A DNA stretch of 64,000 nucleotides from Bugula neritina (taxonomy: Eukaryota > Animalia > Bryozoa). Location of the stretch: assembly GCA_964035545.1 (NCBI GenBank), contig OZ037768.1, positions 15,137,675 to 15,201,674 of the forward strand. The letters are read 5' to 3'. Below are positions 30,901 to 48,900 of the stretch, piece after piece (position 1 is the first letter of the stretch; each line of letters begins with the position of its first letter). The position numbers and the translations under genes are program-made. The notes beneath the pieces are model-generated. The model saw only the letters and a program-made list of their open reading frames with translations. It had not been told where the DNA came from and searched no databases.

Positions 30901-33300
30901 AACATAATGAAATATATGGTAACCTACTGAATTATGTTGAAAACTACTGAAATATACTGCAACATTATGCAACCTAATGAAAGATACTGCAATATACTGA
31001 AATAAACTGCAAGATACTGCAACATACTGAAATACACTGTAACATACTGAAATACACTGTAACATACTGAAATACACTGTAACAGATTGAAATACACTGC
31101 GACATACTGCAACATACTGAAAAACGCTGTAACATATTGAAATACACTGCAACACATTGAAATATTCCGCAACATACCGAAATATATGGTAACCTAATGA
31201 GATATGCTGTAACACGTTGAAGTACACTGCAACATACTGAAATACACTGCAACACACTAAATTATACTGTTATTTACAGAAATGTACTGCAACATACTGA
31301 AATATACTGCAAGATACTGCAACATACTGAAATACACTGTAACATACTGAAATACACTGCAACATTATGAAATATACTGCATGATACTGCAACATACTGA
31401 TACACATTGTAAGATACTGAAATGCACTGCAACATACTGAAATATACTGCATGATACTGCAACATATTCATACACATTGTAAGATACTGAAATACACTGC
31501 AACATACCGCAACATACTGCAACGTATTGAAATACACTGTAACATATTGAAAAACACTGCAACACATTGAAACATACTGCAACATACTGAAACATACGGC
31601 AACATACTGAAATATACTGCGACACATTGAAATATAGTGCAACATACTGAAATATGCTGTAGCATACTGAAATACACTGCAATACACTGAAGTATACTGT
31701 AATATACAGAAACGTACTGTAACATACTGAAACATACGGCAACATACTACAATATACTGTGACACATTGAAATATACTGTAACATACTGAAATACACCGT
31801 AACATACTGAAACACACTGCAACATACTGAAATACACTGTAACATAGTGAAATACACTGCAACACACTGAAATATACTGAAACATACCGAAATATATGGT
31901 AACCTACTGAAATATGTTGCAAACCACTAAAACATACTGCATCATCCTGCAACAAAATGAAATATACGGTAACACTGAAGCATACTGCAATATACTGACA
32001 TATACTGTAACATACTAAGACATACTGCAACATACCGAAAAATATGGTAACCTACTGAAATATGTTACAAACTACTGAAACATACTGCAACATACTGCAA
32101 CATAATGAAATATACTGCAACATACTGAAAGATACTGCAACATACTGAAACATACTGCAAGATACTGCAAAGTACTGAAATACATTGTAAGATACCTAAA
32201 TACACTGCAACATACTGCAACATACTGCAACATATTGAAATACACTGTAACATATTGAAAAACACTGCAACACATTGAAATATACCGCAACATACCGAAG
32301 TATATGGTAGCCTACTGAAATATACTGCGACATACTGAAATACACTGTAACGTACTGAAATACACTGCAACATACTGAAATACACTGTAACATATTAAAA
32401 TACACTGCAACACACTGAAATATACTGAAACATACCGAAATATATGGTAACCCACTGAAATATGTTGCAAACCACTGAAATATACTGCAACATACTGCAA
32501 CATAATGAAGTATACTGCAACATACTGAAATATACTGCAAGATACTGCAACATACTGATACACATTGTAAGATACTGAAATACACTGCAACATACCGCAA
32601 CATACTGCAACGTATTGAAATACACTGTAACATATTGAAAAACACTGCAACACATTGAAATATACTGCAACATACTGAAACATACGGCAACATACTGAAA
32701 TATACTGCGACACATTGAAATATAGTGCAACATACTGAAATATGCTGTAGCAAACTGAAATACACTGCATCTCACTGAAATATACTGTAATATATAGAAA
32801 CGTACTGTAACATACTGAAACATACGGCAACATACTGAAATGTACTGCGACACATTGAAATATACTGCAACATACTGAAATACACCGTAACATACTAAAC
32901 TCCACTGCAACATTCTGAAATACACTGTAACACATTGAAATACACTGCAACACATTGAATTATACTGAAATACATTGTAAGATACTGAAATACACTGCAA
33001 GATACCGCAACATAATGGAATATATGGTAACCTACTGAAATATGTTGAAAACTACTGAATTATACTGCAACATAATGCAACATAATGAAAGATACTGCAA
33101 CATACTGAAATAAACTGCAAGATGCTGCAACATACTGAAATACACTGCAACACACTGAAGTATACTGTAATATACAGAAATGTACTGTAAAATACTGAAA
33201 TATACTTCATTATACTGAAAATACCTAAAAACATTGAAACATACTGATATACACTGAAACATACTGAAATACACTGCAACACATTGGAATATACTGCAAC
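27941..33300 (+). repeat. Near-perfect head-to-tail duplication of a 2677-bp unit (27941-30617 and 30618-~33300)
   Basis: All ORF-track entries pair at +2677 (28110/30787, 29635/32312, 30355/33032). Rare variants CATCTCACTG (30091/32768) and CTGTTATTTACAG are shared. Only isolated differences were seen (e.g. AACTCTAC vs AACTCCAC). Confidence 0.93.
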
Positions 33301-36300
33301 ATACCGAAATATATGGTAACCTACTGAAGTATGTTGCAAACTACTGAAATATACTGCAACATACTGAAATACGCCGTAACATACTGAAATACACTGCAAC
33401 ATACTGAAATACATCGTAACAAATTGAAATACACTGCAACACACTGAAATATACTGAAACATACCGAAATAAATGGTAACCTACTGAAATATGTTGCAAA
33501 CCACTGAAACATACTGCATCATCCTGCAACAAAATGAAATATACGGTAACACTGAAGCATACTGCAATATACTGAAATATACTGTAACATACTAAGACAT
33601 ACTGCAACATACCGAAATATATGGTAACCTACTGAAATATGTTGCAAACCACTGAAATATACTGCAACATATTGAAGTATACTGCAACATACTGGAATAT
33701 ACTGCAAGATACTGCAACATACTGAAATACACTGTAACATACTGAAATACACTGCAAGACACTGAAATATACTGCAAGATACTGCAACATACTGAAATAC
33801 ACTGTAACATACTGAAATACACTGTAACAGATTGAAGTACACTGCGACATACTGCAACATATTGAAAAACGCTGTAACATATTGAAATACACTGCAACAC
33901 ATTGAAATATTCCGCAACACACCGAAATATATGGTAACCTAATGAGATATACTGTAACACGTTGAAGTACACTGCAACATACTGAAATACACTGCAACAC
34001 ACTAAATTATACTGTAATTTACAGAAATGTACTGCAACATACTGAAATATACTGCAAGATACTGCAACATGCTGTAATACACTGTAACATACTGAAATCC
34101 ACTGCAACATACTGAAATATACTGCATGATACTGCAACATACTGCTACACATTGTAAGATACTGAAATGCACTGCAACATACTGAAATATACTGCATGAT
34201 ACTGCAACATACTCATACACATTGTAAGATACTGAAACACACTGCAACATACCGCAACATACTGCAACGTGTTGAAATACACTGTAACATATTGAAAAAA
34301 CACTGCAACACATTGAAATATACTGCAACATACTGAAACATACGGCAACATACTGAAATATACTGCGACACATTGAAACATAGTGCAACATACTGAAATA
34401 TGCTGTAGCATACTGAAATACACTGCAATACACTGAAGTATACTGTAATATACGGAATTGTACTGTAACATACTGAAACATACGGCAACATACTAAAATA
34501 TACTGCGACACATTGAAATATACTGCAACATACTGAAATACACTGCAACACACTAAATTATACTGTAATTTACAGAAATGTACTGCAACATACTGAAATA
34601 TACTGCAAGATACTGCAACATACTGAAATACACTGTAACATACTGAAATACACTGCAACATACTGAAATATACTGCATGATACTGCAACATACTGATACA
34701 CATTGTAAGATACTGAAACACACTGCAACATACCGCAACATACTGCAACGTATTGAAATACACTGTAACACATTGAAATACACTGCAACACATTGAATTA
34801 TACTGAAATACATTGTGAGATACTGAAATACACTGCAACATACTGCAACATAATGGAATATATGGTAACCTACTGAAATATGTTGAAAACTACTGAAATA
34901 TACTGCAACATAATGCAACATAATGAAAGATACTGCAACATACTGAAATAAACTGCAAGATACTGCAACATACTGAAATACACTGTAACATACTGAAATA
35001 CACTGTAACATATTGAAATACACTGCAACACACTGAAATATACTGAAACATACCGATATATATGGTAACCTACTGAAATATGTTGCAAACCACTGAAACA
35101 TACTGCATCATCCTGCAACAAAATGAAATATACGGTAACACTGAAGCATACTGCAATATACTGAAATATACTGTAACATACTAAGACATACTGCAACACA
35201 CCGAAAAATATGGTAACCTACTGAAATATGTTACAAACTACTGAAACATACTGCAACATACTGCAACATAATGAATTATACTGCAACATACTGAAAGATA
35301 CTGCAACATACTGAAATACACTATAGAATACCGAAATACACTGCAACATACTGAAATATACTGCAAAATACTGCGAAATACTGAAATACATTGTAAGATA
35401 TCTAAATACACTGCAACATACTGCAACATATTGAAGTACACTGTAACATATTGAAAAACACTGTCACACATTGAAATATACTGCAACATACTAAAACATA
35501 CGGCAACATACTGAAATATACTGCGACACATTGAAATATAATGCAACATACTGAAATATGCTGTAGCATACTGAAATACACTGCAATACACTGAAGTATA
35601 CTGTATTATACAGAAACGTACTGTAACATACTGAAACATACGGCAACATACTAAAATATACTGCAACACATTGAAATATACTGCAACATACTGAAATACA
35701 CCGTAACATACTAAACTCCACTGCAACATTCTGAAATACACTGTAACACATTGAAATACACTGCAACACAGTGAATTATACTGAAACACATTCTAAGATA
35801 CGGATACACACTGCAACATACTGCAACATAATGAAATATATGGTAACCTACTGAAATATGTTGAAAACTACTGAAATAGACTGCAACATTATGCAACATA
35901 AAGAAAGATACTGCAATATACTGAAACAAACTGCAAGATACTGCAACATACTGAAATACACTGTAACATACTGAAATACACTGTAACAGATTGAAATACA
36001 CTGCGACATACTGCAACATACTGAAAAACGCTGTAAAATATTGAAATACACTGCAACACATTGAAATATTCCGCAACACACCGAAATATATGGTAACCTA
36101 ATGAGATATACTGTAACACGTTGAAGTACACTGCAACATACTGAAATACACTGCAACACACTAAATTATACTGTAATTTACAGAAATGTACTGCAACATA
36201 CTGAAATATACTGCAAGATACTGCAACATACTGAAATACACTGTAACATACTGAAATACACTGCAACATACTGAAATACACTGTAACATATTGAAATACA

Positions 36301-39300
36301 CTGCAACACACTGAAATATACTGAAACATACTGAAATACACCGTAACATACTGAAATACACTGCAACATACTGAAATACACTGCAACACACTGAAGTATA
36401 CTGAAACAGACCGATATATATGGTAACCTACTGAAATATGTTGCAAACCACTGAAACATACTGCATCATCCTGCAACAAAATGAAATATACGGTAACACT
36501 GAAGCATACTGCAACATACTGAAATATACTGTAACATACTAAGACATACTGCAACATACCGAAAAATATGGTAACCTACTGAAATATGTTACAAACTACT
36601 GAAACATACTGCAACATACTGCAACATAATGAAAAACGCTGTAACATATTGAAAAACACTGCAACACATTGAAATATACCGCAACATACCGAAATGTATG
36701 GTAACCTACTGAAATATGCTGTAACACATTGAAATATCCTGCAACACATTGAAATATACTGCAACATACCAAAATATATGGTAACCTACTGAAATATGTT
36801 GCAAACGACTGAAATATACTGCAACATACTGAAATATACTGCAAGATACTGCAACATACTGAAACACATTGTAAGATACTGAAATACACTGTAACATTTT
36901 GAAAAACACTGCAACACATTGAAATATGCTGCAACATACTAAAACATACGGCAACATACTGAAATATACTGCGACACATTGAAATATAGTGCTACATACT
37001 GAAATATGCTGTAGCATACTGAAATACACTGCAATACACTGAAGTATACTGTAATATACAGAAACGTACTGTAACATACTGAAACATACGGCAACATACT
37101 AAATTATACTGCGACACATTGAAATATACTGCAACATACTGAAATACACCGTAACATACTAAACTCCACTGCAACATTCTGAAATACACTGTAACACATT
37201 GAAATACACTGCAACACAGTGAATTATACTGAAATACATTGTAAGATACGGAAACACACTGCAACATACTGCAACATAATGAAATATATGGTAACCTACT
37301 GAATTATGTTGAAAACTACTGAAATATACTGCAACATTATGCAACCTAATAAAAGATACTGCAACATACTGAAATATACTGCAAGATACTGCAACACACT
37401 GAAATACACTGTAACATACTGAAATACACTGCAACATACTGAAATATACTGTATGATACTGCAACATACTGATACACATTGTAAGATACTGAAATGCACT
37501 GCAACATACTGAAATATACTGCATGATACTGCAACATATTCATACACATTGTAAGATACTGAAATACACTGCAACATACCGCAACATACTGCAACGTATT
37601 GAAATACACTGTAACATATTGAAAAACACTGCAACACATTGAAACATACTGCAACATACTGAAACATACGGCAACATACTGAAATATACTGCGACACATT
37701 GAAATATAGTGCAACATACTGAAATATGCTGTAGCATACTGAAATACACTGCAATACACTGAAATATACTGTAATATACAGAAACGTGCTGTAACATACT
37801 GAAACATACGGCAACATACTACAATATACTGTGACACATTGAAATATACTGCAACATACTGAAATACACTGTAACATAGTGAAATACACTGCAACACACT
37901 GAAATATACTGAAACATACCGAAATATATGGTAACCTACTGAAATATGTTGCAAACCACTAAAACATACTGCATCATCCTGCAACAAAATGAAATATACG
38001 GTAACACTGAAGCATACTGCAATATACTGACATATACTGTAACATACTAAGACATACTGCAACATACCGAAAAATATGGTAACCTACTGAAATATGTTAC
38101 AAACTACTGAAACATACTGCAACATACTGCAACATAATGAAATATACTGCAACATACTGAAAGATACTGCAACATACTGAAATATACTGCAAGATACTGC
38201 AAAATACTGAAATACATTGAAAGATACCTAAATACACTGCAACATACTGCAACATACTGCAACATATTGAAATACACTGTAACATATTGAAAAACACTGC
38301 AACACATTGAAATATACCGCAACATACCGAAGTATATGGTAGCCTACTGAAATATACTGCGACATACTGAAATACACTGTAACGTACTGAAATACACTGC
38401 AACATACTGAAATAAACTGTAACATATTAAAATACACTGCAACACACTGAAATATACTGAAACATACCGAAATAGATGGTAACCCATTGAAATCTGTTGC
38501 AAACCACTGAAATATACTGCAACATACTGCAACATAATGAAGTATACTGCAACATACTGAAATATACTGCAAGATACTGCAACATACTGATACACATTGT
38601 AAGATACTGAAATACACTGCAACATACCGCAACATACTGCAACGTATTGAAATACACTGTAACATATTGAAAAACACTGCAACACATTGAAATATACTGC
38701 AACATACTGAAACATACGGCAACATACTGAAATATACTGCGACACATTGAAATATAGTGCAACATACTGAAATATGCTGTAGCAAACTGAAATACACTGC
38801 AATTCACTGAAATATACTGTAATATATAGAAACGTACTGTAACATACTGAAACATACGGCAACATACTAAAATGTACTGCGACACATTGAAATATACTGC
38901 AACATACTGAAATACACCGTAACATACTAAACTCCACTGCAACATTCTGAAACACACTGTAACACATTGAAATACACTGCAACACAGTGAATTATACTGA
39001 AATACATTGTAAGATACGGAAACACACTGCAACATACTGCAACATAATGAAATATATGGTAACCTACTGAATTATGTTGAAAACTACTGAAATATACTGC
39101 AACGTTATGCAACCTAATGAAAGATACTGCAATATACTGAAATAAACTGCAAGATACTGCAACATACTGAAATACACTGTAACATACTGAAATACACTGT
39201 AACATACTGAAATACACTGTAACAGATTGAAATACACTGCGACATACTGCAACATACTGAAAAACGCTGTAACATATTGAAATGCACTGCAACACATTGA

Positions 39301-39760
39301 AATATTCCGCAACATACCGAAATATATGGTAACCTAATGAGATATGCTGTAACACGTTGAAGTACACTGCAACATACTGAAATACACTGCAACACACTAA
39401 ATTATACTGTAGTTTACAGAAATGTACTGCAACATACCGAAATATACTGCAAGATACTGCAACATGCTGAAATACACTGTAACATACTGAAATACACTGC
39501 AACATACTGAATTATACTGCATGATACTGCAACATACTGATACACATTGTAAGATACTGAAATGCACTGCAACATACTGAAATATACTGCATGATACTGC
39601 AACATACTCATACACATTGTAAGATACTGAAACACACTGCATTATACCGCAACATACTGCAAAGTATTGAAATACACTGTAACATATTGAAAAACACTGC
39701 AACACACCGAAATATACTGAAACATACCAAAAATATATGGTAACCCACTGAAATCTGTTG

Positions 39761-42700
39761 CAAACCACTTAAACATACTGCATCATCCTGCAACAAAATG
39801 AAATATACGGTAACACTGAAGCATACTGCAATATACTGAAATATACTGTAACATACTAAGAGATACTGCAACATACCGAAAAATATGGTAACCTACTGAA
39901 GTATGTTACAAACTACTGAAACATACTGCAACATAATGAGTCATACTGCAACATACTGAAAGATACTGCAACATACTGAAATACACTATAGAATACCCAA
40001 ATATACTGCAACATACTGCAATATACTGCAAGATACTGCAAAATACTGAAATACATTGTAAGATAGCTAAATACACTGCAACATACTGCAACATACTGCA
40101 ACATATTGAAATACACTGTAATATATTGAAAAACACTGCAACACATTGAAATATACTGCAACATACCGAATTATATGGTAGCTTACTGAAATATACTGCA
40201 ACATACTGAAATACACCGTAACATACTAAACTCCACTGCAACATTCTGAAATACACTGTAACACATTGAAACACACTGCAACACAGTGAATTATACTGAA
40301 ATACATTCTAAGATACGGAAACACACTGCAACATACTGCAACATAATGAAATATATGGTAACCTACTGAAATACGTTGAAAACTACTGAAATAGACTGCA
40401 ACATTATGCAACATAAAGAAAGATACTGCAATATACTGAAATAAACTGCAAGATACTGCAACATACTGAAATACACTGTAACATACTGAAATACACTGTA
40501 ACAGATTGAAATACACTGCGACATACTGCAACATACTGAAAAACGCTGTAACATATTGAAAAACACTGCAACACATTGAAATATACCGCAACATACCGAA
40601 ATGTATGGTAACCTACTGAAATATGCTGTAACACATTGAAATATCCTGCAACACATTGAAATATACTGCAACATACCGAAATATATGGTAACCTACTGAA
40701 ATATGTTGCAAACGACTGAAATTTACTGCAACATACTGAAATATACTGCAAGATACTGCAACATACTGAAACACATTGTAAGATACTGAAATACACTGTA
40801 ACATATTGAAAAACACTGCAACACATTGAAATATGCTGCAACATGCTGCAACATACTAAAACATACGGCAACATACTGAAATATACTGTGACACAATGAA
40901 ATATAGTGCAACATACTGAAATATGCTGTAGCATACTGAAATACACTGCAATACACTGAAGTATACTGTAATATACAGAAACGTACTGTAACGTACTGAA
41001 ACATACGGCAACATACTAAATTATACTGAGACACATTGAAATATATTGCAACATACTGAAATACACCGTAACATACTAAACTCCACTGCATTATTCTGAA
41101 ATACACTGTAACACATTGAAATACACTGCAACACAGTGAATTATACTAAAATACATTGTAAGATACGGAAACACACTGCAACATACTGCAACATAATGAA
41201 ATATATGGTAACCTACTGAATTATGTTGAAAACTACTGAAATATACTGCAACATTATGCAACCTAATGAAAGATACTGCAATATACTGAAATAAACTGCA
41301 AGATACTGCAACATACTGAAATACACTGTAACATACTGAAATACACTGTAACATACTGAAATACACTGTAACAGATTGAAATACACTGCGACATACTGCA
41401 ACATACTGAAAAACGCTGTAACATATTGAAATACACTGCAACACATTGAAATATTCCGCAACATACCGAAATATATGGTAACCTAATGAGATATGCTGTA
41501 ACACGTTGAAGTACACTGCAACATACTGAAATACACTGCAACACACTAAATTATACTGTAGTTTACAGAAATGTACTGCAACATACCGAAATATACTGCA
41601 AGATACAGCAACATACTGAAATACACTGTAACATACTGAAATACACTGCAACATACTGAATTATACTGCATGATACTGCAACACACTGATACACATTGTA
41701 AGATACTGAAATGCACTGCAACATACTGAAATATACTGCATGATACTGCAACATACTCATACACATTGTAAGATACTGAAACACACTGCAACATACCGCA
41801 ACAAACTGCAAAGTATTGAAATACACTGTAACATATTGAAAAACACTGCAACACACTGAAATATACTGAAACATACCAAAAATATATGGTAACCCACTGA
41901 AATCTGTTGCAAACCACTGAAATATACTGCAACATACTGCAACATAATGAATAATACAGCAACATACTGAAATATACTGCAACACACTAAATTATACTGT
42001 ATTTTACAGAAATGTACTGCAACATACTGAAATATACTGCAAGATACTGCAACATACTGAAATACACTGTAACATACTGAAATACACTGCAACATACTGA
42101 AATATACTGCATGATACTGCAACATACTGATACACATTGTAAGATACTGAAATGCACTGCAACATACTGAAACATACTGCATGATACTGCAACATATTCA
42201 TACACATTGTAAGATACTGAAATACACTGCAACATACCGCGACATACTGCAACGTATTGAAATACACTGTAACATATTGAAAAACACTGCAACACATTGA
42301 AACATACTGCAACATACTGAAACATACGGCAACATACTGAAATATACTGCGACACATTGAAATATAGTGCAACATACTGAAATATGCTGTAGCATACTGA
42401 AATACACTGCAATACACTGAAGTATACTGTAATATACAGAAACGTATTGTAACATACTGAAACATACGGCAACATACTGAAATATACTGTGACACATTGA
42501 AATATACTGCAACATACTGCAAAATATGGTAACCTACTGAAATATGTTGAAAACTACTGAAATATACTGCAAAATTATGCAACATAATGAAAGATACTGC
42601 AATATACTGAAATAAACTGCAAGATACTGCAACATACTGAAATACACTGTAACATACTGAAATACACTGTAACATATTGAAATACACTGCGACATACTGC

Positions 42701-45700
42701 AACATACTGAAAAACGCTGTAACATATTGAAATACACTGCAACACATTGAAATATTCCGCAACATACCGAAATATATGGTAACCTAATGAGATATACTGT
42801 AACACGTTGAAGTACACTGCAACATACTGAAATACACTGCAACACACTAAATTATACTGTAATTTACAGAAATGTACTGCAACATACTGAAGTATACTGC
42901 AAGATACTGCAACATACTGAAATACACTGTAACATACTGAAATACACTGCAAGATACTGAAATATACTGCATGATACTGCAACATACTGATACACATTGT
43001 AAGATACTGAAATGCACTGCAACATACTAAAATATACTGCATGATACTGCAACATACTCATACACATTGTAAGATACTGAAATACACTGCAACATACCGC
43101 AACATACTGCAACGTATTGAAATACACTGTAACATATTGAAAAACACTGCAACACATTGAAATATACTGCAACATACTAAAACATACGGCAACATACTGA
43201 AATATACTGTGACACATTGAAATATACTGCAACATACTGAAATACACCGTAACATACTGAAACACACTGCAACATACTGAAATACACTGTAACATAGTGA
43301 AATACACTGCAACACACTGAAATATACTGAAACATACCGAAATATATGGTAACCTACTGAAATATGTTGCAAACCACTAAAACATACTGCATCATCCTGC
43401 AACAAAATGAAATATACGGTAACACTGAAGCATACTGCAATATACTGACATACACTGTAACATACTAAGACATACTGCAACATACCGAAAAATATGGTAA
43501 CCTACTGAAATATGTTACAAACTACTGAAACATACTGCAACATACTGCAACATAATGAAATATACTGCAACATACTGAAAGATACTGCAACATACTGAAA
43601 TATACTGCAAGATACTGCAAAATACTGAAATACATTGTAAAATACCTAAATACACTGCAACATACTGCAACATACTGCAACATATTGAAATACACTGTAA
43701 CATATTGAAAAACACTGCAACACATTGAAATATACCGCAACATACCGAAGTATATGGTAGCCTACTGAAATAAACTGCAACATACTGAAATACACTGTAA
43801 CGTACTGAAATACACTGCAACATACTGAAATACACTGTAACATATTAAAATACACTGCAACACACTGAAATATACTGAAACATACCGAAATATATGGTAA
43901 CCCACTGAAATCTGTTGCAAACCACTGAAATATACTGCAACATACTGCAACATAATGAAGTATACTGCAACATACTGAAATATACTGCAAGATACTGCAA
44001 CATACTGATACACATTGTAAGATACTGAAAGACACTGCAACATACCGCAACAGACTGCAACGTATTGAAATACACTGTAACATATTGAAAAACACTGCAA
44101 CACATTGAAATATACTGCAACATACTGAAACATACGGCATTATACTGAAATATACTGCGACACATTGAAATATAGTGCAACATACTGAAATATGCTGTAG
44201 CAAACTGAAATACACTGCAATTCACTGAAATATACTGTAATATATAGAAACGTACTGTAATATACTGAAACATACGGCAACATACTAAAATGTACTGCGA
44301 CACATTGAAATATACTGCAACATACTGAAATACACCGTAACATACTAAACTCCACTGCAACATTCTGAAATACACTGTAACACATTGAAATACACTGCAA
44401 CACATTGAATTATACTGAAATACATTGTAAGATACTGAAATACACTGCAAGATACTGCAACATAATGGAATATATGGTAACCTACTGAAATATGTTGAAA
44501 ACTACTGAATTATACTGCAACATAATGCAACATAATGAAAGATACTGCAACATACTGAAATAAACTGCAAGATGCTGCAACATACTGAAATACACTGCAA
44601 CACACTGAAGTATACTGTAATATACAGAAATGTACTGTAAAATACTGAAATATACTTCATTATACTGAAAATACCTAAAGACATTGAAACATACTGATAT
44701 ACACTGAAACATACTGAAATACACTGCAACACATTGGAATATACTGCAACATACCGAAATATATGGTAACCTACTGAAGTACGTTGCAAACTACTGAAAT
44801 ATACTGCAACATACTGAAATACGCCGTAACATACTGAAATACACTGCAACATACTGAAATACATCGTAACAAATTGAAATACACTGCAACACACTGAAAT
44901 ATACTGAAACATACCGAAATATATGGTAACCTACTGAAATATGTTGCAAACCACTGAAACATACTGCATCATCCTGCAACAAAATGAAATATACGGTAAC
45001 ACTGAAGCATACTGCAATATACTGAAATATACTGTAACATACTAAGACATACTGCAACGTACCGAAATATATGGTAACCTACTGAAATATGTTGCAAACC
45101 ACTGAAATATACTGCAACATATTGAAGTATACTGCAACATACTGGAATATACTGCAAGATACTGCAACATACTGAAATACACTGTAACATACTGAAATAC
45201 ACTGCAAGATACTGAAATATACTGCAAGATACTGCAACATACTGAAACACATTGTAAGATACTGAAATACACTGCAACATACCGCAGCATACTGCAACGT
45301 ATTGAAATACACTGTAACATATTGAAAAATACTGCAACACATTGAAATATACTGCAACATACGGCAACATACTGAAATATACTGCGACACATTGAAATAT
45401 AGTGCAACATACTGAAATATGCTGTAGCATACTGAAATACACTGCAATTCACTGAAGTATACTGTTTTATACAGAAACGTACTGTAACATACTGAAACAT
45501 ACGGCAACATACTAAAATGTACTGCGACACATTGAAATATACTGCAACATACTGAAATACATCGTAACATACTAAACTCCACTGCAACATTCTGAAATAC
45601 ACTGTAACACATTGAAATACACTGCAACACAGTGAATTATACTGAAATACATTGTAAGATACGAAAACACGCTGCAACATACTGCAACATAATGAAATAT

Positions 45701-46500
45701 ATGGTAACCTACTGAAATATGTTGAAAACTACTGAAATATACCGCAACATTATGCAACATAATGAAAGATACTGCAATATACTGAAATAAACTGCAAGAT
45801 ACTGCAACATACTGAAATACACTGTAACATACATAAATACACTGTAACATATTGAAATACACTGCGACATACTGCAACATACCGAAAAACGCTGTAACAT
45901 ATTGAAATACACTGCAACACATTGAAATATTCCGCAACATACCGAATTATATGGTAACCTAATGAGATATACTGTAACACGTTGAAGTACACTGCAACAT
46001 ACTGAAATACACTGCAACACACTAAATTATACTGTAATTTACAGAAATGTACTGCAACATACTGAAATATACTGCAAGATACTGCAACATACTGAAATAC
46101 ACTGTAACATACTGAAATACACTGCAACATACTGAAATATACTGCATGATACTGCAACATACTGATACACATTGTAAGATACTGAAATACACTGCAACAT
46201 ACCGCAACATACTGCAACGTATTGAAATACACTGTAACATATTGAAAAACACTGCAACACATTGAAATATAGTGCAACATACTGAAACATACGGCAACAT
46301 ACTGAAATATACTGCGACACATTGAAATATAGTGCAACATACTGAAATATGCTGTAGCATACTGAAATACACTGCAATACACTGAAGTATACTGTAATAT
46401 ACAGAAACGTGCTGTAACATACTGAAACATACGGCAACATACTACAATATACTGTGACACATTGAAATATCCTGCAACATACTGAAATACACCGTAACAA
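39761..46500 (+). repeat. ~6.7-kb segmental duplication, copy 1 (copy 2 at ~48901-55560)
   Basis: CAAACCACTTAAAC at 39761/48901 and TAATGAGTCATAC at ~39934/49074 give offset 9140. The offset falls to 9070 after a 70-bp deletion in copy 2 and to 9060 after an extra monomer at ~40841. ORF pairs 41987/51047 and 46022/55082 agree. Confidence 0.9.
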
Positions 46501-48900
46501 ATTGAAATACACTGCAACACACTGAAATATACTGAAACATACCGAAATATATGGTAACCTACTGAAATATGTTGCAAACCACTGAAACATACTGCATCAT
46601 CTTGCAACAAAATGAAATATACGGTAACACTGAAGCATACTGCAATATACTGAAATATACTGTAACATACTTAGACATACTGCAACATACCGAAATATAT
46701 GGTAACCTACTGAAATATGTTGCAAACCACTGAAATATACTGCAACATATTGAAGTATACTGCAACATACTGGAATATACTGCAAGATACTGCAACATAC
46801 TGAAATACACTGTAACATACTGAAATACACTGCAAGATACTGAAATATACTGCAAGATACTGCAACATACTGAAACACATTGTAAGATACTGAAATACAC
46901 TGCAACATACCGCAGCATACTTCAACGTATTGAAATACACTGTAACATATTGAAAAATACTGCAACACATTGAAATATACTGCAACATACGGCAACATAC
47001 TGAAATATACTGCGACACATTGAAATATAGTGCAACATACTGAAATATGCTGTAGCATACTGAAATACACTGCAATACACTGAAGTATACTGTAATATAC
47101 AGAAATGTACTGTAACATACCGAAACATACGGCAACATACTAAAATATACTGCAACGCATTGAAATATACTGCAATATACTGAAATACACCGTAACATAC
47201 TAAACTCCACTGCAACATTCTGAAATACACTGTAACACATTGAAATACACTGCAACACAGTGAATTATACTGAAATACATTCTAAGATACAGAAACACAC
47301 TGCAACATACTGCAACATAATGAAATATATGGTAACCTACTGAAATATGTTGAAAACTACTGAAATAGACTGCAACATTATGCAACATAAAGAAAGATAC
47401 TGCAATATACTGAAATAAACTGCAAGATACTGCAACATACTGAAATACACTGTAACATACTGAAATACACTGTAACAGATTGAAATACACTGCGACATAC
47501 TGCAACATACTGAAAAACGCTGTAAAATATTGAAATACACTGCAACACATTGAAATATTCCGCAACACACCGAAATATATGGTAACCTAATGAGATATAC
47601 TGTAACACGTTGAAGTACACTGCAACATACTGAAATACACTGCAACACACTAAATTATACTGTAATTTACAGAAATGTACTGCAACATACTGAAATATAC
47701 TGCAAGATACTGGAACATACTGAAATACACTGTAACATACTGAAATACACTGCAACATACTGAAATACACTGTAACATATTGAAATACCCTGCAACACAC
47801 TGAAATATACTGAAACATACTGAAATACACCGTAACATACTGAAATACACTGCAACATACTGAAATACACTGTAACATATTGAAATACACTGCAACACAC
47901 TGAAATATACTGAAACAGACCGATATATATGGTAACCTACTGAAATATGTTGCAAACCACTGAAACATACTGCATCATCCTGCAACAAAATGAAATATAC
48001 GGTAACGCTGAAGCATACTGCAACATACTGAAATATACTGTAACATACTGAAATACACTGTAACATATTGAAATACACTGCGACATACTGCAACATACTG
48101 AAAAACGCTGTAACATATTGAAATACACTGCAACACATTGAAATATTCCGCAACATACCGAAATATATGGTAACCTAATGATGTATACTGTAACACGTTG
48201 AAGTACACTGCAGCATACTGAAATACACTGCAACACACTAAATTATACTGTAATTTACAGAAATGTACTGCAACATACTGAAATATACTGCAAGATACTG
48301 CAACATACTGAAATACACTGTAACATACTGAAATACACTGCAACATACTGAAATATACTGCATGATACTGCAACATACTGATACACATTGTAAGATACTG
48401 AAATGCACTGCAACATACTGAAATATACTGCATGATACTGCAACATACTCATACACATTGTAAGATACTGAAATACACTGCAACATACCGCAACATACTG
48501 CAACATATTGAAATACACTGTAACATATTGAAAAACACTGCAACACATTGAAATATACTGCAACATACTGAAACATACGGCAACATACTGAAATATACTG
48601 CGACACATTGAAATATAGTGCAACATACTGAAATATGCTGTAGCATACTGAAATACACTGCAATACACTGAAGTAAACTGTAATATACAGAAACGTACTG
48701 TAACATGCTGAAACATACGGCAACATACTAAAATATACTGCGACACATTGAAATATACTGCAACATACTGAAATACACCGTAACATACTGAAATACACTG
48801 CAACATACTGAAATACACTGTAACATATTGAAATACACTGCAACACACTGAAATATACTGAAACATACCGATATATATGGTAACCTACTGAAATATGTTG

